From positions 99,076,001-99,140,000 of the forward strand of contig JANJGN010000021.1 of the NCBI GenBank assembly GCA_026770705.1: DNA of 64,000 nucleotides, written 5' to 3'. The translations under genes and the position numbers were made by a program. Below, in pieces: positions 26,026 through 38,866 of the stretch. Position 1 is the stretch's first letter, and each line of letters starts with the position of its first letter. The notes under the pieces are model-generated. The model saw nothing but the letters and a program-made list of their open reading frames with translations. It did no database searches and was not told the DNA's origin. Source of the DNA: Isurus oxyrinchus (taxonomy: Eukaryota).

Positions 26026-26560
26026 TCCCTCACCCTCCACTTGCTGTCCCCTCTATTCCCTCAGCCTCCACTCCCTATTTATACACACTCAGCCTCCACT
26101 TACTCAGCCTCCACTCATTCAGATTCCACTCCCTCAACCTCCAATCCCTCACCCTCCACTTGCTGTCCCCTCTATTCCCTCACTTTCCACTCCCTATCTA
26201 TACACACTCAACCTCCAAACCCACATCCTTCAATCGCTCATCCTTCTTTCCGTCACCCTTCAATTCCTGACGCTTTTATTCCCTCAGCCTCCATTCCCTC
26301 ACCCTTTACACCTCATCCTCCACTCACTTACCCTCCGCTTACTCACTCTCCACACCCTGTCTCTGCACCCTCAGCCTCCAGTCCCTCACCCACCTTCCCC
26401 TCACCATCTGCTCCCTTTGTGCTCATTTATCATGTGTGATCCAGTTTAGTTAATGCTGGGAAGTGATTGAATCCTGGGCCCAGTGAGTGATACAGAATAT
26501 CTCACACTATCGATTTTTATATTTTATTCCATTTTTAGCATTCTATTTTTATTTTCACAG

Positions 26561-26592
26561 CTTCTGATCTCTCCGTTCAAGAACCTTCCTGA
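26561..26592 (+). CDS. Gene A last coding exon (TSDLSVQEPS*)
   Basis: ttttcacag acceptor; TGA 26590-26592; donor gtgagt at 26597. Confidence 0.75.
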
Positions 26593-26656
26593 TTCAGTGA
26601 GTGACATTTCAATATTTCCCGCATTGATATTGTTGTAACTTTTTGACTCCCCCCCC

Positions 26657-27147
26657 GACCCTGTCTCACCCTCCCAGACATTGTTAAACCTGTCAGACTA
26701 ATTTCACTCCCCTCCTGACCCTATCTCACCCTCCCAGACACTGTTAAAACCTGTCAGACTAATTTCACTGCCCTTCTGACCCTGTCTCACCCTCACAGAC
26801 ATTGTTAAAACCTGTCAGACTAATTTCACTCCCCTTCTGACCCTGTCTCACCCTCCCAGACATTGTTAAAACCTGTCAGACTAATTTCACTCCCCTTCTG
26901 ACCCTGTCTCACCCTCCCAGACATTGTTAAACTTGTCAGACTAATTTCACTCCCCTTCTGACCCTGTCTCACCCTCCCAGACACTGTTAAACTTGTCAGA
27001 CTAATTTCACTGCCCTCCTGACCCTGTCTCACCCTCCCAGACACTGTTAAACTTGTCAGACTAATTTCACTGCTCTTCTGACCCTGTCTCACCCTCCCAG
27101 ACACTGTTAAAACCTGTCAGACTAATTTCACTGCCCTCCTGACCCTG
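26657..27147. repeat. 61-bp minisatellite (~8 units), last intron of A
   Basis: Reverse complement of the unit at 1287. Confidence 0.95.
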
Positions 27148-27207
27148 AACCGATTGTCCTGTTTCTGTCCATTCCTTACCTCGTGGGTTCACTGTGTTCC
27201 ACTGCAG

Positions 27208-27776
27208 GACATTCCCAGAGCCTCATTGATGAATAACTGGATTCGCTTGTTCTAGTGTGAACATGGACATCATCGTCTATCCTTCCATATCACAGCAGAC
27301 AGACAGATTCACAGCTCATTGTTTACACTGAGTTCTTTGATGATGGAGATCTATTTTTCCTGGGAATGTGCTTCCACAGATTGAACAGTGGATCCTGGAT
27401 CCACCAGGTTGGGATCCCGATTCTTCAAGTGAGACTTTCTCAAGTAGTGTTTCTATCCAGTATCCACAATGTGACGGCTTTCACAGTCGAAGGGAACTTC
27501 AGGGATGATTTTCCATCACACTTTCTTATCTTCAACAACTTACTCAGGTCGAATGATTGACCTGAACAGAGTAAATGTCGTGAGGCAACTGAGAGAGACA
27601 CATTTTATATTGATAGAAGCTGATCTATTTTGCACTTTCTGTTATGTCAAATTTACACTGTTATAAAATGTACATGTATAAATTGTATTACTAAAATATA
27701 TTTACAGAGATGAAAATCATTTATATCCTCAATGTTTCACTAAAAGTGCTGATAATTGTGGTTTGTTGTCAATAAA
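27208..27776 (+). other. Gene A terminal 3'UTR exon with AATAAA (27771-27776)
   Basis: ccactgcag acceptor; conserved in three paralogues. Confidence 0.7.
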
Positions 27777-27974
27777 TAATTGTCAGTAGTTGACTTGTCT
27801 AAATTCTTCTTTACTGATTTCACAAGAAAGGTTTAATTCATCCACTCAGCAGCTTGTGGGTCTTGGAATGGCCAGTTGTTGAGGTTCAGTTCAATGTGAA
27901 CAGGGTGAGTTCATACCAAATGTCAGCATCATTCACTGCTTTCCATCAGCGTTTATTCACTTGTTTACAGACAA

Positions 27975-28640
27975 GAGGATGACAGAAAAAGACAGAGAGG
28001 AAGACGTGTCATAACTTTAGTGAATCAAACTTCAACACATTTGCCAGTGAGGTGGAGCTGAAGTGTCTCCAGCGTCTCAGTAATAAGAAGTGTGGGTTAC
28101 CGAGTAAAGTTAGTGTCTTGGTGTGGAAGGAGGTGACAGAGAGTGTGACTGCTAACTGCACTGTTCCATGGTCCGCACAGCAATGTCGAAACGAATGGAA
28201 TGAGTTCACACAATCTGACAGGGTTTGTAGAGTTCTTGTAATTTTTATCATTTAAATTTTAATTGAAGATTTAATGGGTAATGAAGTGAAGATCCTGTTA
28301 ATGGGTTTATGGGTAGGTCAGGGGTGGATGATATCAAGTGGTGGTACAATGCAGTTGCCATTGGAGACACACTCACTGAGGGCAGAACCATCCCAGATTT
28401 GACACTAGGTGCAGTAGTGGGTGGGAAAAAGGACATTTTACCCACTGGCAGCAATGGTGGCTTTTCACGCTGTATCGTCCCAATCCTGCCTCATTAATTA
28501 TGAATTCCTGGGAAACAGGCCGTTTGGATGGTGGGCGGGTCTCATTCGTCCGCCATGCCATCACCTCGCTGCTTCATCACAATGGGCACCATATTTAAAG
28601 TTCAGCCGCGTGCACAGCTGTTCATGTGTCCTCCTGGTGT
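27975..28640 (+). mobile_element. Harbinger-related remnants: Myb/SANT-like fragment (27975-28225) and element terminus (28381-28640); inverted copy at ~48015-48680
   Basis: NFSESNF...WKEVTESVTA...AQQCRNEWNEF; 28381 onward is the reverse complement of 57500-57684. Confidence 0.65.
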
Positions 28641-28859
28641 GATAAAGCAAGTATGGTTAGCATAGAACCAACACCAACTGGCTGATACCCAAAACATGGG
28701 AGATGATCCTCATCACTGGGTGTACCTGTATATTCAAACCCCAATTCCATAGGTCTTCCCACCAAGCGGGGCTATCTATTTGCTGCACATGGTCAGTGTA
28801 TTAACCCATTGTTGCAGTGCATAGCATGTTATTGTACCCGTTAGGCTCATCACTGATAT

Positions 28860-31821
28860 CACAGGATCACAGAATCTCACAGTGCAGAAGAGGCCCTTTG
28901 GCCATGAAGTCAGCACCAACACGTGAGAAACACCTGACCTACCGTCCTAATATCATTTACCAGCATTTGGCCCATAGCCTTGAATATTATGACGTGCCAA
29001 GCACTCATCCAGGTACTTTTGAAAGTATGTGAGGCAACCCACCTCCACCACCCTCCCAGGCAGTGCATACCAGACCGTCACCACTGGCTGGGTAAAAAAG
29101 TTTTTCTTCACATCTTCCCTTAACCTCCTGCCCCTCAACTTGAACTTATGTCCCCTTGTGACTGACCCTTCAACTAAGGGGAACAGCTGCTCCCTATCCA
29201 CCCTGTCCAAACCCCTCATCATCTTGTACATCTCGATCAGGTCACCCCTCAGTCTTCTCTGCTCCAACCAAAACAGCCCAAGTCTATCCAACCTCTCTTC
29301 ATAACTTAAATATTTCATCCCAGGCAACATCCTGGTGAATCTCCTCTGCACCCCCTCCAGTGCAATCACATCCTTCCTATAATGTGGCGAACAGAACTGC
29401 ACACAATACTCCAGCTGTGGTCTCACCAAAGTTCTATATAACTCCAACATGACTTCCTTACTTTTGTAATCTATGCCTCGATTGATAAAAGCAAGTGCCC
29501 CATATGCCTTTTTCACCACCCCACTAACATTCCTCTCTGCCTTCGGAGATCTATGGACACACACGCCAAGGTCCCTTCTTTCCTCAGTGCTTCCTAGTGT
29601 CCTGCCGTTCATTCAATACTTCCTTGTCAAATTACTCCTTCCAAAGTGTATCACCTCACACTTTTCAGGGTTAAATTCCATCTGCCACTTATCTGCCAAT
29701 TTGACCATCCCATTTATATCTTCCTGTAGCCCAAGACACTCAACTTGACTTAACCACCCAGCCAATCTTTATGTCATCCGCAAACTTACCAATCCTGCTC
29801 CCCAAGTAGTCGTCTATGTTGTTTAGAGAAATGACAAATAATAGGGGACCCAGCACAGATCCCTGTGGTATGCCACTGGACATTGGCTTCCAGTGACTAA
29901 AGCATCCTTCTGTCATCACCCTCTGCCTCCTACAACTAAGCCAATTTTGAATCCACCTTATCAAATTACCCTGTATCCCAAGTGCACTTATCTTCTTTAT
30001 AAGTCTCCCATGTGGCATCTTGTCAAAGGCTTTGTTGAAATCCATGTAAACTACATCAACTACACTACCCTCATCTACACAACCGGTCACCTCCTCAAAA
30101 AATTCAATCAAATTTGTTAGGCATACCCTCCCTCTGACAATCCCTGATCAAACCTTGCCTCTCCAAGTGGAGATAGATACTCTCCTTCAGAAATTTCTCC
30201 AATAGTTTCCCTACCACTGATGTGAGACTCACTGGCCTGTAGTTCCCCGGTTTATTTCTACAACCCTTCTTAAATAGCAAAACCACATTAGCTGTTCTCC
30301 AGTCCTCTGGCACCTCCCCAGTGGCCAGAGAGGAATTAAAAATTTGGGTCAGAGCTCCTGCGATCTCCTCCCTTGTCTCCCTCAGCAGTCTGGAACACAA
30401 ATCATCTGGACCTGGAGGTTTGTCCACTTTTAAGCTGCCAACACCTCCAATACTTTGTCACTCCCTATATCAATTTGATTAAGAACCTTGCAGTCTTTCT
30501 CCCCGAGCTCGATAGCTTCATCCTCATTCTCTTGGGTGAAGACGGATGTGAAGTATTCATTCAACACTTCTGCGATGTTCTCTGGCTCCACCCATAGATT
30601 GCCCCATTGGTCCCTAATGGGCCCTTCTTTATCCCTGGTTATCCTCTTCCCATTGATATACTTATAGAACATCTAGGGATTTTCTCTACTTTTACCAACC
30701 AGCGCTTTCTCATATCCCCTCTTTGCTCTCCTAATTGCTTTCTTAAGCTCCACCCTGCACTTTCTGTACTCCACTAATGCCTCTGCTGATTTGCTTCCCT
30801 TGTACCTGCTAAAAGCATCTCTTTTCCTTCTCATTGTAACTTGAAAATCTCTAGTCATCCATGGTTCTCTGGGCTTGTTACTCCTTCCTATCACCCTAGA
30901 GGGAACATGTTGAGCCCGTACCCTCCCCATTTCCTTTTTGAACACCCTCCACAGTTCCTGTGTAGATTTCCCCACAAGTAACTGTTCCCAGTCTACCTTA
31001 GCCAGATCGTGCCTTATTTTACTAAAATCTACTCCCCGCCAATTCGAAACATTTTTTTGCAACTTGTCGATTTCTTTGTGCATAACAAGCTTAAACTGTA
31101 CCATGTTGTGGTCACTATCACTAAAATCTCCCCCACCACCACCTCAGCCACCTGTCCAGCTTCATTCCCCAGAATTAGGTCCAGAACTGCGCCATCCCTT
31201 GTTGGACCCTCTATATATTGACCTAAAAAGTTCTCCAGTACACATTTCAAGAAATCCACTCCATCCAAGCCCTTAACACTATGTTTATCCCAATTAATGT
31301 TGGGAAAGTTGAAATCACCTAATATAATTACCCTCTTGTTATTGCTTTTACACACCTCCACAAATTGTGCACATATTTGCTCCTCAGTTTCCCACTGACT
31401 ACCTGGGGGTCTATAATAAACACCTAACAATGTGGTTGCCCCTTTTTTATTCATAAACTCTACCCACAAAACTTCATTTGATGCCCCCTCCAAGATATCA
31501 TCTCTCCTTACTGCAGTAACTGACTCCTTAACTAATAATGCAATGCCTCCTCCTCTTTTACTCCCTCCCTGTCTTGCCTAAAGATTCTATATCTCCCTCA
31601 ACACGTCTCAGTGATGGCTACTATATCACAATTCCACGTGTCAACCCTCACCCTTAACTCATCCATTTTCCCAGTAATATTGCGGGCATTAAGTAGAGGC
31701 CATCCAGTCTTCCCTTACTGCCTTGAAGCTTAATGTAGCTGGACTCACTCTGACTTGATTGTTTTACTGTATTATGATGTGTCCCTATTCTGCTAACATT
31801 CTGTGTCCCCTCCCCCTGCTG
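28860..31821 (-). mobile_element. CR1 LINE ORF2 remnant (inverted paralogue of 44495-47800)
   Basis: ILGDFNFPNINW, NYRPVSLTSVVGK, GIPQGSVLGPLLF, LVRPQLEYC. Confidence 0.93.
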
Positions 31822-32640
31822 CTTGTAATGGCTTCTCTTCCAGCTCCCGCACCATGACCTCTTGGGTCCCCCAAGGATTTATTCTTTCTCCCCTCCTGTT
31901 TCTCATCAACTTACTGCCCCTCGCTGACCCCATCCAAACACAAGAGCATCAGCCTCCACATGTACACCGACAACATTCAGGTCAACATCGCTCTGACCTC
32001 TCTCAGCTTCTTTACAGTCTCTAAATTGTTTGGCATTCTGTATTGGATCAGCTGCAATTTTCTTGAATGAAACCTTGGAAAATCTGAAGTCAATGTCTTT
32101 GATCACCAGCACAAGCTCCATTCCCTTGCACTGATTCCACCCTCCTCCCTGATCATTGTCTCAGGCTGAATCAAACCTTGTGACCTGTTTGACCCTGAGC
32201 TGAGCTCCCAGCCCCATTGGTTGTTGGTTGTTAGTTGGTAGCACACTGCCCCTGAGTCAGAGGTTGTGGGTTCAAACCCCACTCCAGAAAGTCAAGAACA
32301 TTATTTAAACGGATCCTCCAGTGCAGTGTGGGGGGAGTGCGATACTGTTGGATGTGCCACCTTTTGGATGACCGAAAACAGCTTATCTGGTCATTGTCAC
32401 ACTGGCTTTGTGGGATCTTGCTGTGCACAAATTCACTGCCGTGTTTGCCACAGTGATTACACATCTAAAGTCCTCCATTACAGCCTCTCCATCACCGAGG
32501 CCATCGATTTCCAGCTCTGTCTTTCTCTCATCTCCACGCCCCCCTCACCTCCTGCCGAAATTCTCATCCATCTTTTTGTCACCAGCATAATCACTTTTCC
32601 AATGACCTCCCGGCCAGCCTCCCATCTTCCACCTCTGGGA
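31822..32640 (+). mobile_element. L2-type LINE fragment interrupted by a tRNA-derived SINE (~32225-32470)
   Basis: VPQGFILSPLLFLINLLPL.D; SINE head tagttggtagcacac...gggttcaaaccc. Confidence 0.6.
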
Positions 32641-32693
32641 ACAGGAGCTGATCCATCAGGTTGCTGCTCATATCTCCTTTGCTGCTGTGAGCT

Positions 32694-33030
32694 GGAGGTG
32701 GTAGCGTAGTGGTATTGTCACTGGGCTGGTAATCCAGAGACCCCAAATAATGCTCCAGGGTCCTGAGTTTGAATCCCTTCATGGCAAATGGTGAAAATTG
32801 AATTCAATAAAAACCTGGAATTAAAGGTCTGATGATGACCATGAAACCATTGCCGATTGTTGTAAAAGCCCACCTGGTTCACTAATGTCCTTTAGGGGAG
32901 GAAATCTGCTGTGCTGGCCTCCATGTGACTCCAGACTTACAGCAATGTGGTTGGTTCCTAAATGCCCTCTGGAGATGGGCAATAAATGCTGGCCTAGCCG
33001 AGCAATGCCCACATCCCATGAATCAAAAAG
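32694..33030 (+). mobile_element. HE1-type tRNA-derived SINE, full length
   Basis: A box tagcgtagtgg, B box gagtttgaatcc, LINE-shared tail gggcaataaatgctggcc...cccacatcccatgaat. Confidence 0.8.
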
Positions 33031-33193
33031 AAGCCTAGTTTCTCATTTCAGACAGGATCCTGGTGTTAAAATGAAGAGAGGGACTACAGGAGATTGTCAC
33101 TATGTGGGTGTCATTCATCTTGATCAGTTGGTGCTGTTTGGAAAATATCATTGATTCCTTATTAACCAATCCCTTCATTTGCTTCTTTAACAG

Positions 33194-33453
33194 ACACTGA
33201 CTCCTTCACAGTGCTGTACATGGGAACCTCCGGCATTCCTGATCGCCCTGAGTTTGTAGGTGTGGCAATGCTCAATGAAGTAATGTTATCCTATTATGAC
33301 AGTGACACCATGCAGATGGCTTCCAGGCAGCAGTTCATAACGGACTATCTGAATGTGGAAAACTGGGATTACCTAACCGCCTGGGAAAGGAACGTTACGA
33401 CGTAATGAAGAAGACTTTTAACACGATCACGGAAGGGATGAACCACACGGCTG
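33194..33453 (+). pseudogene. MHC class I-like pseudogene B, alpha1 exon
   Basis: 260 nt versus 261 in A; 1-nt deletion near 33390 gives TAA; DTDSFTVLY..SGIPDRPEF...NWDYL...NHTAG; no leader exon found. Confidence 0.9.
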
Positions 33454-33998
33454 GTATGTCCAGTCAGACTGGAATCTCCCACTGGCGGCCAGGTTAACTG
33501 GGGTGGAGTGGGGGTGTGCAGCGGGAGTGGTACTGTCCCATTGGTAATGAAGCAATGAGATTTTGTGTTTTTTTGCCCACTCTCCAACCCCCAGCTGCTT
33601 CCACTTTCCCAGTCAACCCCATATCAGCTCGTGGACCATTCCTGGTTTTTTTACTTCCTGCTTTATTCCCGCTTCTGGGGCCTCCCTCTTCCCCGCAGCC
33701 TGGCCCTCTCTTCCTGACTATTCCCACCTCTCGGTTCAAACATAAATGATATCGGGTGATGGTGGGAAAAGGTGAGGGAGAGAAGTTGAGCAAGTTGATA
33801 AAAAGAGAGACGTGCAGAGAGGGAAATAGGGAAGTGAGCGAGGGGGAGGGAGAGAGGGGAGAGACAGACATGACGGACTAGAGAAAGGTTAACAAAGGAG
33901 AAGGAGAGACACCCAAGATAGAGAAAGGAGCAGGAAACATTAGCAGACAGGGTGATAGTGGAGACAGAGAGTGATATGGGGAAAAGCATGGCTTGAAC

Positions 33999-36925
33999 GG
34001 AGGCGGTGGGCTGAGGTGAGGCAGTATTGGCATTGTTACAGGACTGACAATCCAGAGACTCAGACTAATGTTCAGGTTCAAATCCCACCATGGCAGCTGG
34101 TGGAATTTAAATTCAACTAATAAATAAGAAATGAAAAGCTCATCTCAGTAATTGTGACCATGAAACCATTGTCGAGTGTCATAAAAATCCATCTGGTTCA
34201 CTGATGCCCTTTAGGGAAGGAAATTGGCCATCCTTACTCGGTCTGGCCTACATGTGACTCCAGACCCACAGCAATGTGACTGACTGTTAAAAGCTCTCTG
34301 AAATGGCTGAGCGAGACGCTCAGTTGTAACAGAAAACCAGTACGGAAAAGTGAAAAGGGAATGAAACCGGACAGACCACCTGGCATCGATCTAGGCACCA
34401 GAAACGACAACGGCAAACTCAGCCCTATAGGCCCTGCAAAGTCCTCCTTACTAACACCTGGGGCCTAGTGCCAAAATTGAGAGAACCGTCTCACAGACTA
34501 GTGAAGCAACAGCCTGACATAGTCATCCTCACGGAATCATACCTGCCACGCAATGACCCCATCACCTTTCTAGGATATATCCTATCCCAACCCCAGGACA
34601 GAACAGGCCCAACGAAGGTGGCATACAGTTGGGAGGGAGTTGCTCTGGGATTGCATGAAGTCTTATGGCATCAAGTCAAACATGAGCAAGGAAACCTCCT
34701 GCTGATTACCATGTACCGCACTCCCTCAGCTGATGAATCAGTGCTCCTCCATGTTGACCAATTGTAGGAAGCACTGAGGGTGGCAAGGGCATGGGGGACT
34801 TCAATGTCTATCACCAATGGCTCAGTAGCACCACTACTGACCAAACTGGCTGAGTCCTAAAGGACATCGCTGCTAGACTGGGTCTACAGCAGGTGGTGAG
34901 GGAACCAACAAGAGGGAAATAACTACTTGATCTTGTCCTCACCACTATACCTGTCATAGATGCACATGTAAATAACAGAATCGGCAGAAGGGGCCACTGC
35001 ACAGTCCTTGTGGAGTCCGGTCTTCACATTGAGGATACCCTCCATCATGTTGTGTGACAGTACCACTGTGCTAAATGGGATAGATTTCAAACAGGTCTAG
35101 CAACTCAAGTCTGGGCATCTATGAGGTGCTGTGTGCTATCAGCAACAGCAGAATTGTACTCAAACGCAATCTGTAACCTCATAGCTCGGCATAGCCCCCA
35201 CTCTACAATTATCACCAAGCCAGGGGATCAACTCTGGTTCAGTGAAGAGTGCAGGAGGACATGCCAGGAGCAGCACCAGGCATAACTAAAAATGAGGTGT
35301 CAACCTGGTGAAGCTATAACACAGGACTACTTGTGTGCCAAACAGCATAAGCAGCAAGTGATAGGCAGGGCTAAGCAACCTCATAAACAATGGATCAGAT
35401 CTAAGCTCTGCAGCCCTGCCACATCTGGTTGTGAATAGTGGTGCACACTTAAACAACTCACTGTTGGAGGAGGCTCCACAAATATCCCCATCCTCAATGA
35501 TGAGGGAACGCAGCACATCAGTGCAAAAGGTAAGACTGAAGCATTCGCAACAATCTTCAGCCAGAAGTACTGAGTGGATGGTCCACCTCGGCCCCCTCCG
35601 GAGGTCCCCAGCATCACAGATGCCAGTCTTCAGCCAATTTGATTCACTCCGCATGATATCAAGAAATGGCTGAAGGCACTGGATATTGCGAAGGCTTTGG
35701 GCTCTGACAATATTCCGGCAATAGTACTGACGACTTGTTCTCCCGAGCTCACCACGCCCCTAGCCAAGCTGTTCCAGTACAGCTACAACACTGGCATCTA
35801 CCCGGCTATGTGGAAAATTGCCCAGGTACGTCCTGTACACAAAAAGCAGGACAAATCCAACCCAACCAATTACCACTCCATCAGTCTACTCTCCATCATC
35901 AGTAATGTAATGGAAGGGGTTATCAACAGTGCTATCAAGCGGCACTTGCTTAGCAATAACCTGCTCACTGACAGTGTGGGTTCCGCCAGGGCCACTCAGC
36001 TCCTGACCTATTTACAGCCTTGATACAAACATGGACGAAAGATCTGAACTCCCAAGGTGAGGTGAGAGTGACTGCCCTTGACATCAAGACAGCATTTGAC
36101 TGTGTGTGGCATCAAGGAGCCCTAGCAAAACTGCAATCAATGGGAATCGGGGGGAAAACTCTCTGTGGATTAAAATCGTACCTCACACAAGGGAAAATGA
36201 TTGTGGTTGTTGGAGGTCAGTCATCTCAGCTCCAGGACATCACTGCAGGAGTTCCTCAGGGTAGTGTCCTCAGCCCAACCATCTTCAGCTGCTTTATCAA
36301 TGACTTTCCTTTCACTTTAAGGACAGAAGTTGGGATGTTCATTGATTATTGTACAATATTCAGCACCATTCGTTACTCCTCAGATACTGAAGCAGTCCAT
36401 GTCCAAATGCATTAATTGCTGGAAGAGATGCAGACTTGGGCTGATAACTGAGGAGTAGTATTCACATGACACAAGTACCAGGCAATGATCATCTCCAACA
36501 AGAGAGAACCTAACCATCACCCCTTGACGTTCAATGGCGTTACCATCACTGAATGTCATGCCATCAACACTCTGGGGATTACCATTGACCAAAACTGAAT
36601 TGGGCTAGCTATATAAATACTGTGGCTATAAAAGCAGGTCAGAGGCGAGGAATCCTGCAGTGTGTGACTCACCTCCTGACTCCCCAAAAGCCTGTCCACC
36701 CTCTACAAGGCACAAGTCAGGAGTGTGATAGAATATTCCCCACTTGCCTGGATGAGTGCAGCTCCCACATCACTCAAGAAGTTGGACAACATTCATGAAA
36801 AAGCAGCCACTTGATTGGCACCCCATCCACAAACATTCACTCCCTCCACCACTGACACACAGTAACAGCAGTGTGTACCATCTACAAGATGCACTGCAGT
36901 TACTCACCAAGGTTCCTTCGACAAG
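33999..36925 (+). mobile_element. HER1-like LINE with tRNA/SINE-type 5' head, decayed EN+RT
   Basis: Head matches the SINE at 32694; PDIVILTES, DIKTAFDCVWH, GVPQGSVLSP. Confidence 0.88.
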
Positions 36926-37734
36926 CATCCTCTTTATTTGTTATTAATGGTGAAGTTTCCTCTCTCTGTTATTAATGGTGAAGTGTTCTCTCTGTATTTG
37001 TTATTAATGGTGAAGTATCCTGTCCATTTGATTTTTGTCTGAATAGCCTGGGCATGATTTGGAGACAGAGACTGCCTCAGTACCTGCATCTCCTTCTCGC
37101 CCTATAGGACTGAATCCAGATTTGCAGGAGCCCCTACTTCTGGAGACCACCCGGTTGCGTGAGTTGCCAAAAGGTACTTGTTTAAAGGGATCACCAGCTG
37201 CTGATAGGACTCCACTCCAGTGCCTTTGACTGTCCTGAGCCAGCCACACAAGGCAATTGGTATTATTTGACTCATAGCTGGGATGTGGCTAATAGCTGCT
37301 GGAGTGTGTCCACATACCGGTGGGCCTGTTTCTCACTTCACTAGAAGCGAATGTTCCTCCTACATCCCCTGCAGTTCAACCGAGGGCCGAACATACCTTG
37401 TTGGCATTAGTTAATGTGAAGAGGCATAACTGGGGTTCGTGTGATGCTGAGACTCTGTATTGGTGGGAGAGATTTACACACTCGGTCCTTCTTTGCAGTA
37501 AACTAGCCAGCGGCAGTGGATCATGTAACTGCATTTTACACATAAGATCACCATGAGGCCAAACCACTGACACGCAATTGCTAGAGCAATTCTATATTAA
37601 TCCCACTGGACCGCTCTCTACCCATAGCCCTCTATTAATCCCAGTCTAATCACAATGCTCCACCCCATCCCCATAGTTTTGTTTTAATCCCAATGACCCA
37701 CTCCCTCTCCCTATCCTTGTACCAATTGCAAACT

Positions 37735-37940
37735 TGATCCCCTTTCCCCTCTGATCAGACTGTGACTCCAATCCCCCATTTCTATCTGATACTAGATCCC
37801 CTTTCCCTTCTGATCAGACTATGATTCTAATCCCTCATTTCTATCTGATATTAGATCCCATTTCTCCTCTGATCAGACTATGACTCTAATCCCCCATTTC
37901 TATCTGATACTAGATCCCCTTTCCCTTCTGATCAGACTGT
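37735..37940. repeat. 59-bp minisatellite (~3.5 units), alpha1-alpha2 intron of B
   Basis: Same unit as 15475. Confidence 0.88.
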
Positions 37941-38249
37941 GGCCAGGATCAGTTTGTAACTCTCTCCTGTGTGATTATTTCCCAAAACTGCAGTAATTTT
38001 AACATAACGCATTAGACCATCAAGCTAACGGACTGAGTGGAAAGCTGGATTTGCACCACGTTCCATGTTGTTCTCTGCTAGCTTCAATTTAGTGTAAAAT
38101 CTAACGGGATGTTGGACCAGTGTTGCACATTGCCCTGTCAATTTCCTTACCAAGTGGGTTCCACTGAAATTGTACTGTCTGAATTGCAAGAAGGCGTTTC
38201 TAAAAAGCAGTGAATTATTGATTGCTGTTTTCTGTTTTGTTACTGACAG

Positions 38250-38524
38250 GATTTCACATTCTACAAAGGTTAAGGACTGTTAATGTCACTGAAGATGGCT
38301 CTGTTCAGAGATTGATGCGATTTGGATTTGATGGGAACGACTATATTAGCTTAGAGACAGACAGAATGAGATGGTCGCAACCAATCCCAATGCAGTGAAG
38401 ATTAAAGAGAAATGGAATTTGGATGAATCCTGGAACAAGCATTGGGAATGGCAGTTGGAAGAAGAACCCGTTGGCCTCTTAAAGAAATATTTACAAGTTG
38501 GAAAGTAATATCCCAGAAGGAGAG
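38250..38524 (+). pseudogene. Pseudogene B alpha2 exon
   Basis: 275 nt versus 276; 1-nt deletion near 38374 (atggtcgca) and TAA at 38506-38508. Confidence 0.9.
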
Positions 38525-38641
38525 GTATTTATTTTAGTTTTGACCCCATGTTCTGATCTAACTTCACTGATCTATGTAAACGTTCTCCCATTCCATTCAG
38601 TGTCTGTCTATTGTTTGTGTTTTCACCCTTTCCCATTACAG

Positions 38642-38866
38642 TTCAGCCTGAAGTGTTCATCTCCAGAAGTGACCCCAATTGTCAGTACAAGCCGCTCACT
38701 CTCTCCTGCCTGGTTACTGGGTTTTATCCTGTAGACATCGAGGTGAGCTGGCTAAGGAATGGAGAGGTAATGTCTGAGACACTATCCTCGGGGGTTCGAC
38801 CCAACCACGATGGGACCCATCAGATCTAGAAAGAGACTGAAATAAATGCTGGGGATGAGGATCAAT
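38642..38866 (+). pseudogene. Pseudogene B alpha3 exon, truncated
   Basis: Near-identical to A alpha3; TAG at 38827-38829; runs into LINE sequence at 38867. Confidence 0.9.

Noticed and set aside
32694-32785. tRNA gene candidates (also 33999, 62900-62995, 32225)
   Set aside because: A/B boxes belong to SINE/LINE heads and continue into repeat bodies
36930-37600. Unassigned stretch with a LYWWERF...KLA motif reminiscent of the hAT dimerisation domain
   Set aside because: Too short and degenerate to call without a profile search
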